Origin: Chrysomallon squamiferum
Lineage: Eukaryota > Animalia > Mollusca
Direction of reading: 5' to 3'
NCBI GenBank assembly: GCA_012295275.1
Contig: CM022665.1
Location: 39,742,001-39,806,000, forward strand
DNA length: 64,000 nucleotides
Made by a program: the position numbers and the translations under genes. This document shows positions 26,301-49,760 of the stretch, piece after piece; position 1 is the first letter of the stretch; each line of letters opens with the position of its first letter. The notes beneath the pieces were generated by a model. It was given only the letters and a program-made list of their open reading frames with translations. It had not been told where the DNA came from and did not search any database.

Positions 26301-27089
26301 ATCTTTTTTTATGTGAATGTCTATCCATCTATCATCTTACTAGCCTGTATATTTATCTTTATCTATTACTGCATTTTAATTGACAACAGCAATGAAATCC
26401 CTCGACGTTAACGAGGTCCTAAAAATCGTCGCCAAGTACGGATTCCAGCCGGAAGCCACGGAAGATCTTCGCGAGGCTCTAAGGATATTCGACAAGGACG
26501 GCAACGGCTACATCAACGTCGGAGAGTTCAGACACGTCCTCGTCAGCCTCGGCGAAAAACTCAAAGACGAGGAAGTTGATGAGCTGATGAGAGAGCTGAA
26601 CATGACAGGCGATGGTCAGTTCAGTTATGACGGTAAGTGAAAATATGTTTGTTATTACACTGTTCATTATTCGGTTCCAGAGAAAGGGCTTGATTAATGA
26701 TGGGTTACAGAATTAAATCTATCAAAAGGAAAGCTTATAGGATGTAAAAAAAGAATAAAAATAAAACTTACTGAATTTTCGAAAAGCACCATCGATAATA
26801 CTGTTAATGTAACGAATATATGAATAATATAAGCTCATTATAAGAAACGGTTTAGCATCAAGAACTTATTTTATTGTTGCTTGTCATACTGGCACATTAT
26901 AACAGTGTACAGTATTTGATCATTTCCAATACAAGTTTCAGAACACTGAACAGTAACCATGCTGAATTGTTTGTTTTGTTTTAACTAAATAATAAATATT
27001 TCTGTTACTTTAATACCACATTCAGGAAATATAATTTTTCTTATTTTTATTTTTCAGATTTAATAAATGTAATAAAATCGTTAAACTGA
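23068..27089 (+). CDS. Divergent calmodulin-like / myosin-light-chain-like EF-hand protein (gene B), 148 aa; exons 23068-23070, 24249-24276, 25308-25448, 26390-26632, 27058-27089
   Basis: All introns GT-AG and in the same phases as the CaM paralogs. Spliced product [148 protein letters not shown]. Only EF3 ([12 protein letters not shown]) is canonical. AATAAA at 27604-27609. Confidence 0.88.
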
Positions 27090-29419
27090 TGAAGAAGGTG
27101 GATTATAAAAGACTTATATATATATCATACAAGTTTCTGTTACATATCATCTTTTTTTCCCCCCACCACGGATGCTGTAAGTCTTTTAAATATGAATATA
27201 TTATTCATAATATTGTATAGTGATAACCTTTTACCTATGGCAGTGCAACAAATATTCAGTGAAATGTTAATGTAAATATTCTAATAAGAGATTTTATTGA
27301 TAAAATTGTATACATTTAACATTATGTTGGATGGAAACATAACACGAAAGCCGTGGAACAAACTCTTGATTATCTGAGAGTTGTGCAAACTTAAGAAAAA
27401 CAACCGATTGAACAAACCCATGTGGGTTATCTCCCTTGAGCATCTGGTCGCGTTCGTGTTGGTCTTAACGCAGTCAATTGTCTCCTTACTGCCATTGTGT
27501 GATTATTATTTTTTAATCATTATTTTTACATAGATTATTTTCATTCATAGATTATATTGCATAAAGTCTGAATATACGTGTTGTGTTTTTATTTCTCCAG
27601 AACAATAAACATGTGGAAAATTGTAAATCTTAGAGCTATTTAAGTGTAATGGAGGCTATTTTATATTAAATATAGCAATTGTTTTGGGGTTTTTTACTCT
27701 TTTTTTTTTGGCAGGGGGAGTTTCAATATAATATAAAGAAACATTATACATTGAGTATCATGTGAATAAGACATGGCTTGAACAAACCTATTTCATATAC
27801 ATTTTACTAAACATCTTTATACAACTGAAATGTTCATATAGGCTTATTTATGAGATTCAAAGCAGGTACACACACACACACTCTCTCACTCACTCACTCA
27901 CTCACTCTCTCTGCTTAAATATTATTTATTAATAATCCTTTAAAAAAAATTAATTTATTAATGTTCAGAAGTGAACAACAACAACACATATCAACATCAA
28001 AAACAGAAACCTAATGACAAACAAATATTTAATTGTTACAAAAATACATAATCTGTAAATATCCAAAGTTTAGAGTATATAAATATTACTGAAGAGGTAT
28101 AAAAAATATATATATTCCAGTTATGAGCAGTGAACAGAAAAATATAAATTTATAAAATGTTAATAATATAATATTTAAAATAACAAAATTGAAATAAGTA
28201 ATTTGTGTAGGCATAACAAAAAATTGCACCAGAAATGTACTACCAGTTAATTATATTAAGAAATAATAAACTGAACAAATATCTATTTTGTAAAAATAGC
28301 TTTACAAGTAGCACAGAAATAAATAAAAATGATATAAAATAATTAAACGTATGTAAATGAATAAAGCACTGTATTGTATTTCAGTTATTCATAACACCAG
28401 TTGCTTGAATATTATTTAAATAAATGTATATATTTTAATTTATAATTATCAGGTAATAATAATAATAATAACAATAATAACAACAATAACAACAATCAAA
28501 AACATCAGCTTAATAACAAAAATCCCAATAAACCTGTCCCCCACCCAAAACCCAATATTTCAAAATTATCACAATAAAAACATTTTGCTCAATATGTATT
28601 CATCAATTAGTCTTTTCATTAATTATCTCTGAAAACTGACAAAATCTTAAACTGTTGATAATTCTTAATAGGATAAAAGGTGTTAGTCTTGAACCTTATG
28701 TAAATCATTCTGTTTTCATTAATAATAAAATGCTTTGGACTTTAGGAAAAAAATTAATATAAATATACAATAACAGAAGTTACCATATATATATATATAT
28801 ATATATATGAATTCAGTACATATGTACTATCTTCAAAACATTACTTTTAAAAAATATTTTAGATTTTTAAAAATGAAACTCTGCTTCAATTTATGCATCA
28901 ATGAAATTTTCAACAGAAAAATCATAACTGTGTTTTTACAGGATTATGCTAAAACAATTTTTACACATTTTATTAAACTGCAATTATTAAAGAAAAATAT
29001 AAAAATAAATATTTTAAAAAGAAAAGTAATATCACAATACTAGTGCTCCATTAAACAAAATTAATATAATAAAAACTTTTAAAAAGATAGCATCCTTGCT
29101 TATAAAATATTTTTAAATTTTTTAAATTTCTTAATATTAAAATATAATGCACCAGAATAGTTAAAATATATGTGAAAGACATTTGTAAATCCAAATAAAT
29201 AAATATAATGTTAAATATCTGTAGAACTACTGAATAAACATGAAAATATAAAACAAAATTTAATGTTACTTTTTGATTAAGCCAGACTTTAAAACTCATA
29301 TTATTTTTTGATTTCACATTTTAATGCTGCCATGTTCCTGTTGATCAAAATGAAAGCTCTTCTGGCAGTGAGATACATTTTTCAATGTAGCAGAAAAAAA
29401 CTCTGCAGAATTTAAGTGT

Positions 29420-31000
29420 TTCTCATCTTGAGTTAAATATATCTATGTAGACAGTGCAAACAAGTACATTGTTACAATTTGAAAATCTTTTTTAACCTTG
29501 TGCATCTTTTATTTCCCCTTCCCCCTGAATTAAGTATACCTACAAAGTCAAGGTAAATCAGCCTGCTATTACAATTTTGAGACAGTTAAATGTACCTTCA
29601 TAATCAGTGTAAATGACTACATGGCTATGATCTGAAAATGTCTTTTTACCAACTGCATCCGTTAGGTATTTCCCCCTTCCTGACAGTAAGTATACCTAAA
29701 AAGTCAAATATTTTTAACACCTAATCATATGGGGTGTTTCCTCTGACAGTTATATATACCTACATAATCATTGGAAATAAGTACATTGCTCTAATCTGAA
29801 AATGTTTTTTAACACCTGCTCTTGTTAAGTGTTTTCACCTTGAAAGCTAAATATACCTATTTCATCAATGTAGACTAGTACACTATCACAGTTAGAAAAT
29901 AAATGCTTTTTAACGCCTGAACATATGTGGGGTTTTCCTAAAGAGTTAAATATATCTATATAGTCAATGTGGTATATAGTACATTGTTAATATTTCAAAA
30001 TGATTTTTAATCCCCACATTTGTTGATGTTTTTTTATTTGTTTCCTGAGAATTAAATACATCTACAAAGTCAATGTAGACTGTTACAGTGCCTTTCTGTT
30101 ACTAGTTTTAGGTTGAACTTCCCAACCTCGGCATCATTGAGATCAGTAATGTGCTGACTAATGAAATTTGCCAATTTTTGGAATGTTAATACACTGTTAC
30201 ATATAAACTGAATATTGTAAATGCGTAAATTGAATATTGTACATGCATTAAAGTGGCACATACTCAAAGAGCAAACACCAAACCGTTCACAGTTTGCATA
30301 CCAATGGTCCTGATTCCAACTTCTTTAAAAGTTCTGTAAGATCTGTTTTTTTCTAATATACTCAGCTTTTTATTCCTCATTTTCCTCGCAGAACCACTAA
30401 AGACTGACTCTGGGCATTTAGAGGGAGGAGGATATTTTAAAAATGGTATGATAATGTCTACAAATGTCCAAAAACAAAGGACAAGACAAGGATCTGCATT
30501 TCACATTGAGAAGACTTTGTAAAACTGACACAGAGATACTGTGTCATAGTGATGTGTAGTGTGACTGTCACAGAGTATGGGAATTTGCCCAGTTTCAGGC
30601 CGAATTTTGGGACTTTCCTGCTTTCAAAATACTGATTTTGGGAACTTCAACCTCAATTAGTAATAGTATATTAGAATATCAGTACACTATTTCAATTTGA
30701 AAATAAATGTTTTTAACACCTGCACTATCAGGTGTTTTCCTCCTGAGTTATGTATAGCTGTATAGTCATAGTATTAGTAGACTAGTGCATTATAATTATT
30801 TCAATTTGAAAATAAATACCCTATTCTATCAGGTATTTTCCCCCTCAAAGTTAAACATACCTATAATAATATAGTCATAGTAATTAGTAGACTAGTACAT
30901 TATTTCAATTTGAAAATAAATAATCTGCTCTGTCAGGTGCCATTCCTTTCAGAGTTAAATACATCTTTACAGTCAACATTATTACAATCTGAAATAAATA
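29420..31000. repeat. Degenerate tandem repeat, unit about 100 bp, in two blocks (about 29420-30080 and 30650-31000)
   Basis: Recurrent GTTAAATATACCTA...GTCAATGTAGACTAGTACATT...CAATTTGAAAATAAATGTTTTTAACACCTG...AGGTGTTTTCC motif. Confidence 0.7.
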
Positions 31001-31173
31001 CTTTTACCAATACACAGTAAGTAAAATCTATTCATTTAGTAGAGGTACACTGCAATATATAATTGCAACATTAAAGTAAATAATATTTTATCACATACCT
31101 TTTTCCACAATACTGTTTTTGTCCTGATTAAATAAATATATCTCTAGTTTAAACTGAATAAACATCTGAAATA

Positions 31174-31448
31174 TGGGCTGAACATCCCTCATTTCAAAGT
31201 AACTTGTATTTTGGAGACTGCTTGAAGAGAGTGGACCCTTCAATGGAACATAAAATCCATTTATATTTCACATACAGCTTAGATGTATAACCTGGAAATA
31301 GTTTTATACAATGTTTTCAATTATGTGCATGAAGTAAAGTTTGCTTCATTAACTCACCCAAAATCTAAGCTATCTTAGATTCTTAAAAAAGTGAGAAAAA
31401 ATATAAAAATCTTGAATTTCGGATTTAAGATAAAGGATGTTCAGCCAG
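31174..31448. mobile_element. pogo/Tigger-like MITE relic (about 275 bp)
   Basis: Perfect 12-bp inverted repeat GGCTGAACATCC (31176-31187) / GGATGTTCAGCC (31435-31446), with TA dinucleotides 2 nt outside each end. Family assignment is from remembered resemblance to Tigger-type termini. Confidence 0.55.
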
Positions 31449-31940
31449 TAGCATATTAGAGAAAACTGACTCCAAATCAATTGTAATTTATATCTGCAAG
31501 TAAAATATGGACACTGCAGATACTGTGTCAACATTAAGGTCTATTTGTTTACATTTACTTATAGAAAGTGCAATTCAGCTGATGTATCCTTGAAAACAGG
31601 ACAATTTTGATAAGTTCATGCACTTTACTAAGTCTACATAAGTATGTTACTGGCCCAATTTTCTTACGTCATATTAACGTAAATATGTGATCATTTATAA
31701 AATATTTTATCATCAGAAAATTGTTATTTCTCTTTCAGCTATAAAAAACACTTAATATTATTTATAAGTGATGAATTAAATTTCATGAGTATTTAAAGAA
31801 AACAGACATGCATATTTTTCAAAGAAGAACCTGCATAACATATATAAGGAAAACATCACAGGAATGCCAAAACAACAGGAATGATAGAAGAAAAGGCAAC
31901 TCGGGTGTAGAACTCTGTGCCCTCAAGGAAGATGATGAGA

Positions 31941-36489
<4,549 letters not shown>

Positions 36490-37105
36490 TTTGGATTAAA
36501 CTATCGTCTGCGAAACAAACAAGTCTGCTACGGGAGAAGTCGTTGGATATTAAGTCGAAGGCTACTGATTTGTCGCAGTATCACTGACCAGTGGTCTGAG
36601 TCATGGACAACATTTACTGTAAAACTGAATGCGTAATTTTTATATTTATATATATATATTTTTTTTGGGGGAGGGGTAAATTCAGGCATAAAGAAAGGAA
36701 CATGAGAAAGGAAATAACATGGGTCATGTTGAAACTTTAAGAAATGATGATCGTGAGGGAGTGGTCCTAGTAGCCTCTGTCAGACTTACGTCACTGGCGA
36801 AGGACACTTCAAGCCTTTTTTTTCTACTTTTTCTATACGAACACACACGAACATGGAATGCTATGAATGTGTTTGGGGAAGGTTGTTTTATTACATCAAA
36901 TCAATAACTAACATTAAATTCTGAGATCAGTTTTAGTTTCTCATTTCAGATGATTCAAAGTTTGTCTTCTATAACTGATGTCTTAATACTAGTATAATTA
37001 TTGATACATCTAATTTTTTCTCGTTCCAGCCTAACCCTATAACCAACTTTATCAACCTTTGCTGCTAAACGATAAAAAAAAAGGTTACAAATCTCTTGAT
37101 AATAA

Positions 37106-37153
<48 letters not shown>

Positions 37154-38429
37154 GAAGTTAAAATTGATATCTAAAAATAAAATTATTTTGGTTAAATGAC
37201 ATTATTTGGTAAGAACAAATGTTCTTCGTTTTTCACGGTCACCACTCGAACTGCCTTCAGCAAATAAACATAATTAAAACCAACAAGCAACAATAAATAG
37301 CAACGGGGTGGTGGACAAGACAACAAACACTCCAACGGTCTTTGACAAATCAGTCGTCATTTACTTTTTAACACTGGAGAAGCGACGGGGCGTGTCACCG
37401 CAGATAAACCGATCGGTTATCTACCTTTCAAAAGAGAAAAGTCGAATCAAACACTCTCAACGTCAGTAAAATGAACGAATGTGTGTTTCCGCCTCAGCCA
37501 TTAATTTCTTTACCACCTCATGGGATCTACTTAGCAGAAAGTTATCTTTTTACATGCATATTCAGGGAAACGTAACTCACTGGCCAATAATTGGAGGAAC
37601 TGAGGCATAATAGATTTTTCGTAGATTCAGTTCTCACATCGGCTGTGTCGAGACTAGGAAATAATATATAAAAATTCCTTGCATCTGTTTTAAGTACTTC
37701 AGTTTTCTCTCTAACAATACCACTACGATTGCTGCTGCTGCTGCTGCTACTAAGAAATAAAGAAATAAAATTAATTAATCAAAAATGTTAAAACGTGTCG
37801 GGGTGTCTTTAAACATTTATGCGTCCTAAAACTTAATGCATATGAGCGATCTGTAATGAAAAATGTTATAATGAGACGAATTTCGTTAACTTTTGACTTC
37901 TATACATCAAACATATAATAAAGCAATTAACGAATATTGTGAAGTAAATATATAGCTCGTACCATACGCTGCAACGCTGAATTACTTTTAGAATTATTTA
38001 TATCCAGATTTTCTATTTCCCGGGCCTCAATCAAGCCTCCACTGATGTCATTCACCGTTGAATTTTCTTTGCACGACGTAATTACTTTTTCAAACGCAAC
38101 TACTTGTTAACTGCGTGGGTGGGTATGCATAGTTCTGCGGAAACAAAATGGCTGCACATGGTATCCTTTATTATTGTTTTTAAAAACTGATATTATATGT
38201 GTTCATATTGAACAGATTCACTGTCCATTTAAAGTCGTCGATTAGGCAAAGCAGCACACACGTTTTGCCTGAGCATTTCTATAAACTGACCTCATGCCTC
38301 GTTAATTTGTCTTAACATATGCACGATAAACTCTACTGACCTTAAGCTAACCACTCCTAATTTCTTGTAAAGTAAATTTTTTCTACTTACAAGAAATATT
38401 AAATAGATTTATTAATTAAATTATGGTCA

Positions 38430-38479
<50 letters not shown>

Positions 38480-39166
38480 AATTAGTTTATACGATCTGTG
38501 TGTAAATTTCGTTCCAGAATATTACTTTTATTTTAATTTATTTAAAATGTTGTTTTTTTTTGTGTTTTTTTTCTATTGTCAACATTTGAAGGATAGGTTT
38601 ATATAAAAAGTTAATAAATAAATAAAAACTTCTTGTCGCTATGTTTTTCACAGGCCATACGCTGTCATGCATTAGCGTTGGTAAACCTATATACTCCATG
38701 CACCTGGCTGTCGCTGTGGAGATATGCCGCAGTGCGTATTGAGAGGTCAAAGGTGACTGCATGATCAATCAAACTTAACAAACTTCCTTTCGTTCCAGAT
38801 GGGAGAATTCATTGTCTTTTGTTTTTCGTTCTGTCTTTTAAATAATATATGTTCTGCTTAATTAATTATTTAGCTCACAAACAAATAATACTGAAAATAA
38901 ATATAGCCCAGTATAGAATGTAAGTAAAGAACAACCCATGATTGTTTCACGCTAAACAAAAACAAAACAAAACATAACAACAACAAAACAACAACAACAA
39001 AAAACAAACAAACAAAACATCACTATACAAATCAGTTTAAAAAAAGATACATTTCTTATGCACTGCAGATAAAACCCGAAGGCGAAATTATAAATAAATG
39101 CTGTCATGAAAAGTCAGAGTTCCAATCTACAAAATAAAATACAAATACATACTCAAACATGGATAT

Positions 39167-39225
<59 letters not shown>

Positions 39226-40001
39226 AAACGTATTAATATTCATTATATTTTGTTTTTCCCCGATTCAACCGTTTTCTACGTCTGCAGTATTAAAGGCCGT
39301 AGTATGACTGTCTCTATGAATATAAATGCAAACTAGTTAATTAGCCCATAGAAAGCAATAACAATTGACTTCATAATTAAACATTTATTAAGATGCATCA
39401 TCATCATCATCGTCGTCATTGCAACCACCACCATCATCATTATCATTATTATACTGGTAAAGCTATTTTTTATTCCCAGACTTTGAGAGATATATAAAAC
39501 CACTAAATACAGAACAAAACAAAAATAAATAAATAAATAAAACAAAACATTTTTTTTTTTTTTTTTTCCGAAACGTTTTTCATTACAATAACAGTTAATT
39601 ACAGCGTTGAAAATGTTTTAAATTAGTTGAATAAAAATCTTATTAGCATTTAAAATAAACAAATGAATAAACAAATAAATAAATAAATAAATAACATTTA
39701 AGAGGTAATAACGATTTAAATTGATTTTCCCTTGTCGATTAATTAATTTTAATGTGGTCTCGTTGAAACATGAAATCTCTCGTTAATTACGCAGCTGTAA
39801 TTCATAATCCGATATATTACAGCGGGTTGTTAATTCTGGCTATTGTGTTCCGGAAGAATTATGTGTTATTCAATCTTATGTTTAAATCTCCTTCGGTGTT
39901 TTGCCGCAATGCGACAAATTGTCAACGCTTTTTTTCGTTTTGTTTCGTCTTTTCCCGCTTTTCAATGAGGCTGCGCAAAACAACAATGACTTCTCCCCCG
40001 C

Positions 40002-40034
40002 TATAAATTGTGACCTGCAACAGGTAATTCATTC
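40002..40034 (+). promoter_or_regulatory. Core promoter of gene D (TATA box and initiator)
   Basis: TATAAA at 40002-40007 and Inr-like TCATTC at 40029-40034 (A at 40031, 29 nt from the TATA), about 50 nt before ATG|gtgag. Confidence 0.65.
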
Positions 40035-40079
40035 AAACGACAAACTTTCGTCCCATCGCCTACAGTTTTTCAATTTATA

Positions 40080-43808
<3,729 letters not shown>

Positions 43809-44734
43809 TTTCATTTCACACAAACTTCGACTGTTATTTTACACAAGAAAGAAAAAGTTCACTTCAGCGACATTCCAGTGGCCTTGTATTGATCCTAATT
43901 CTGCTACAACCTGTTCTAAAGAAGCCATATCTCATTTCCTCCAAAGTACTTGTTCCCTGTGGTGAATCAAGCGACTTTTGTTTTGGAACGCGATAAGACT
44001 ATTTATATCATGCTCATTATGAAATCGCATTCTGTTCATTCTATTATGTTGAACAATAGTTTCATTTGGGGGGGCCAGTTGGAAAAAAAAATGTTTCCTA
44101 AGGGGGCCACAGTCGTATAAATTATCATTTCGTAGTTGTTGCTGTATCAGATGTCTTTGTAGAATGTCGTCGTAAATAAATTATTTTGTATTTTTCTATC
44201 ATTTTGTTTGGTTTTTAAAACTTTAGTTTGAAAATTCTAATAGATCCTTCGCAGTTTTCTTCGACCTGACAAAATGAAAATTCCAGTACCATTCTAGCAC
44301 ATGGAAGATAATGTCAATCTCTTTTCACTACAGAGTGACATTAAAAACAAGTCTCGTTATTAAACTGACGTAGATAAAACGACACAAAAGTTTGTATCTT
44401 TACACTTGAAAACCATTGTTAGTATAACGAAACAGTTTGAAAAGTTGCGTATATTTCAATTTGTTTGTACGAAACCTACAGGTTAATGAAATATTTCTAA
44501 ATATCCGTAAAACCTAATTCACAAAATCGGTAAATTTGTTACAGTAGTTGGGCCAAATCGGTATAACGAATATTCAACAGCTCGACAATGAAGAGCAAAT
44601 TATACTGAAAAAGGCGTACTGACGATTTTATTTGTAGACTTGCGCCGGCCCGAAGAAAGCAAAACCCTGGGGCATATACTGTGCATTATAATCTCCACGA
44701 AATATTGTTGCTTTCTTTAATCCTGCTATTGTTA

Positions 44735-44820
44735 AGAATGACTTGGATTTAATATACCATTGTTTGACGCCCAGTAGCCGATATATTTTTGTTCTGGAGT
44801 GTTATTAAGCATTCCTTCCT
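44735..44820 (+). mobile_element. Possible SINE 3' tail fragment
   Basis: TGTTTGACGCCCAGTAGCCGATATATTTTTGTTCTGGAGTGTTATTAAGCATTCCTTCC resembles, from memory only, tails of gastropod SINEs ending GGGGTGTCGTTAAACATTCATTC. A shorter similar piece lies near 37795-37820. Confidence 0.35.
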
Positions 44821-46289
44821 ACATTCATCGGTTTAATGTAGCCAATCCGACGTGAATTCAAAATTGGCTGCAGAAATAAGCGCCTTTTGGTTTTAGAAAA
44901 GAACACGTACAGTATAAAACTATGCTTAAGTCGTACTTGATTCCAACTTGATCACAAATCAAAGTGTAATACAACGGTTTAAATATTGCTATAGGCGATT
45001 CGTTTGACCATAGCCAGGGAGGATAATAACTGTTCCCGCCCTTCTCCTTCCAAAAAAAAAAAGGATTAAAAAACCCTTATTAGTATGTATGCTTAACTAA
45101 GTAAAGCCATCGGTACCATATATACAAAAACAAATGCTCAGCTGTTCCGAAGAAATCAACCGAACTTTTCAGGATATGGAAATTGGAAATACATTTTTTG
45201 TTCCCGTACTTCGTCCCCAACTAATTTTTAAAATGCAACTTAATTTTAATAGAGAAATATCGATTTACAAAGTTAAAATGTCTAATTTTGTTTTCGTTTT
45301 TCTTTTTTATTGTTTCTTACGCATGGTGTGTTTGTGCGTAGGTGTGCATGTATGTTGCTAAATCGAGCCCTTATCTGAATAAATTGCATTACTCTGTAGT
45401 TTTAATAAATAGTGCAGCAATAAGCATGATAAAAAGAAAGCGGATTTAAAAACTTGATGTACGTTAACACAACAATACAAACAAGGGCATGGAAATCGGA
45501 TACTGAAAAGAAAAAAGAAAAAAAAAGGAAAGAAAAAAAAAAACAAAAAAAAAAACGCCCACCTAACTAACCAAGCAAAACAAACAACATCAACAACAAA
45601 AAAACCCAACCCTAATTAAACAGAATCGAAACGGTTCACAAGCATATTGTAAATTATTGATATGGTACGTCAGTACGGATTCTGACATCTTTACGACTTG
45701 CAGAAGTCTTCAATAAAACATGTTTGGACACTTGTGAAAGTTGTATCAAAAAGGGCAACGCCCGTTTCGACATACTACATTTGTTTACTTGGCGGTCGTC
45801 ATGGTGATTTGTCGCATTGCGATTTCTCTCCAGAGGTGAATGTACATATTTCTTTTACATTTTTTTTTTCTTCTCACACTATCATATTCTTTATTTTTCA
45901 TTATTATTATTATTTTCAACATTAATCTTGTTTTTATCTTCTTTGTTTGTTTTTTTTTCCTCTCTGTCTGTCTGTTTTCACATCTTTTTCTTTTTAAACG
46001 CTTTAATTTTTTTTTTTTTTAGTGAAAGACGAAACCATTGCGATTGTGAACAATTACAGTCCTTATAACTCATGTTTTCATGCGTTCCATGATTCGAATT
46101 CACCGACAACAATAAAAGTGTAGTTCTTCAGTATAATAACGGATATTAAATAACAAAAATAAAAAGAATGAAATAACTGATAGCTGCATGTCAGTGATTA
46201 TTCAGGCATTACAAAAAGTTGCGACACAACTTTTCTTTTATTATGAACAAAATTAAGTCCTTAGTATTAAGGATTCTGAAAATAAATAT

Positions 46290-46331
<42 letters not shown>

Positions 46332-47594
46332 TTTCGTAAAATTATTATGAACGTTTGTATCTAAGTGCATGCGAATATATGTGTGTATATATACATATTT
46401 GTATGTGAATGCATTCACGCGTGCTTGCATGCTTGTTTTTGTACATGCATGTGTGCATGAAAGTGTATGTTTGTCTCTCTGCGCCAGTATGCTTTTTCGT
46501 CCGTTTGTTTAAATGTCTGCTTGTCTATTTGTGAATCTGTTATTCAGGGTCACAGTATGTGTTATGTAAAGTTGTAATCAAGTTTTTCCTTTGTATTTCA
46601 GATAGCCTACAGTTAAATAAATGAACAAACAGACAAACAAATAAACTAATAAACGGGTAGATAAACACACACGCGTTTATAGAAAGACATAGAGAGATAT
46701 ATACATAGATAGATAGACAGATATACACACAGAAAGATAGATAGACAGATATACACACAGAAAGATAGATAGACAGATAGATCAATAGATAAAAAAATGA
46801 AACAAACAGCAAACAAATGAACTGAATAAAAAAGAAAAAAAAGAAGGGAAAAGCCATTAAAATTTATTAATTGTATATCATAATAAAAATAGTTTAATTA
46901 AAAATTATGTTAACACACAAAGAGCAATATCTTTTTTCGTAAGACATTATAGATTCATTGTATTTGTAGTGTATAGGTTATAAAAATTAGTTTTATTTAA
47001 TTATGTCGTTGTAGCAATTAAAAAATAATAATAATATTAAAATTAATAATAAAAATAGATAAAATAAAATAAAATAAAATAAAACGTTTTTACTCGACAA
47101 TATTTTAATTTTAATTTTCCTAACGCTACACACATTTATTTGAAGACATACAATTTTCTATCAGCCACGTTCATGTTAAATATCACAAATGTTTTGCCTG
47201 CAGGTAAATAATTATAGTCATTTCAAAATATTCACGATAGCGGATAAACGCCACCATTACAGATATAACCAACACATACATTAATTTAGAAAGTTAAACC
47301 ATTAAGGGCAGAATCGAGGATTGTTGATAGGAGGTGTGTTTTTTCGGGATTTACTTTTTTCATTTGTGGTTGGCTAAACTGTTCAAAATGAAATAAATTT
47401 CATTATTATTGAAAAAACAACAACAACAACAACAAAAAAAAAATTTTTTAGACAGTGAGACGGGAAAATAAAAACAGAGAGAGGAGTACTAAGGGCTTCA
47501 CCCCCTCCTTGATCCTCTCATAACGCCTGTACACACGCATCTAAAGTTCTGCACACTAAGCAACGATATCCTTAGGTAATACAGGTGTCTTGGC

Positions 47595-47637
<43 letters not shown>

Positions 47638-48819
47638 TACTGACGCCTGATTATTACTAACTTCTCGGGTTTTTCTTCCTATCTTCTTTCATTCTTTGTT
47701 TACTTATTTATTTACTTACTTCTGTAATGGATAGAAATGTTTTGTTACACAACCCGGCCTAGAGACTGCTGTCCCCAGTTGCTACCAGTCACGTGAGTTT
47801 TAGGGTCTTGTTTATACGTTAACGTTCACACATATAAATATAGTTACTATTTAATGTAAAAACAAAACAATGAGAAAAAACAACAACATACAGGTTAACC
47901 ACCTACCACAACAAGCCTCTAGGTACGTCAGTACATTGTATTTGAGTACTAAAAAGATGAATTTGTTGCTATAGCTACTGGGACTACTACTACTACTGTT
48001 ACCATTACTACTACTGTTGCTGCTACTACTACCACTACTACTACTACCACCACCATTTCTACCACTACAGTATTATGCTACAACTATTACTACTTCAGTA
48101 CTACTACCTACTACGTCAATAGTAACTACTACTACAGTACATCTGATATTACAACTACAGTTGTTAACAACACTGTAAGTACAATTATATATAGATAACA
48201 AAAAAACAACAACGAATAAGCAACAACGAAAAACAACAACAGATAAGCAACAACGATACAAATAACCAAAAAAATAAATAAATTAAACCAAGTAAAATAA
48301 AATGCAATACAGTACAATACAATACAATGCAGTACAATACAATATAATACTATACAATACAGTAAAATAAAATAAAATAAAATAAAATAAAATAAAATTA
48401 AATTAAATTAAATAAATAGAATAAAATAAAATAATAAACAAACAAATAAACAAATAAATGGAAAAAACAACAACATCCAAACGTAAAGAAACAAACAAAC
48501 AAGTAAATAAATGATCAAAAAAACAACAAATAAATAAAAATAAAAATAAAGCTATGCTTATCACCCAGTAATGATTAATGTAAACTGTCTGAGTATAAAT
48601 AATAACCTAGGTATGGCATTAACTTACATGTGTAAACACCTAAAATGTGAAAGAAAAAAATAAAACAAAGAAAAGAAGAAAAAAAAGTTCAATATTTGTA
48701 ATAAATCACCAAGTAAGTAAATATCCGTATACAGATAACAACCTCTGATCAGCTGATTTATGATAATATTCACACCTGACAGGTGTTGTTTGTTAATTAT
48801 AACACTTGCTATATTTATA

Positions 48820-49760
<941 letters not shown>

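Noticed and set aside
38360-38397. 11-bp-stem hairpin ATTTCTTGTAA...TTACAAGAAAT between genes C and D
   Set aside because: Short and AT-rich, expected by chance in this composition; too short for a pre-miRNA.
47300-47530. Possible degenerate MITE ends (AAGGGCAGAATCGAGGATT ... CCCCCTCCTTGATCCTCTC)
   Set aside because: Too diverged to define termini or a target duplication by eye.
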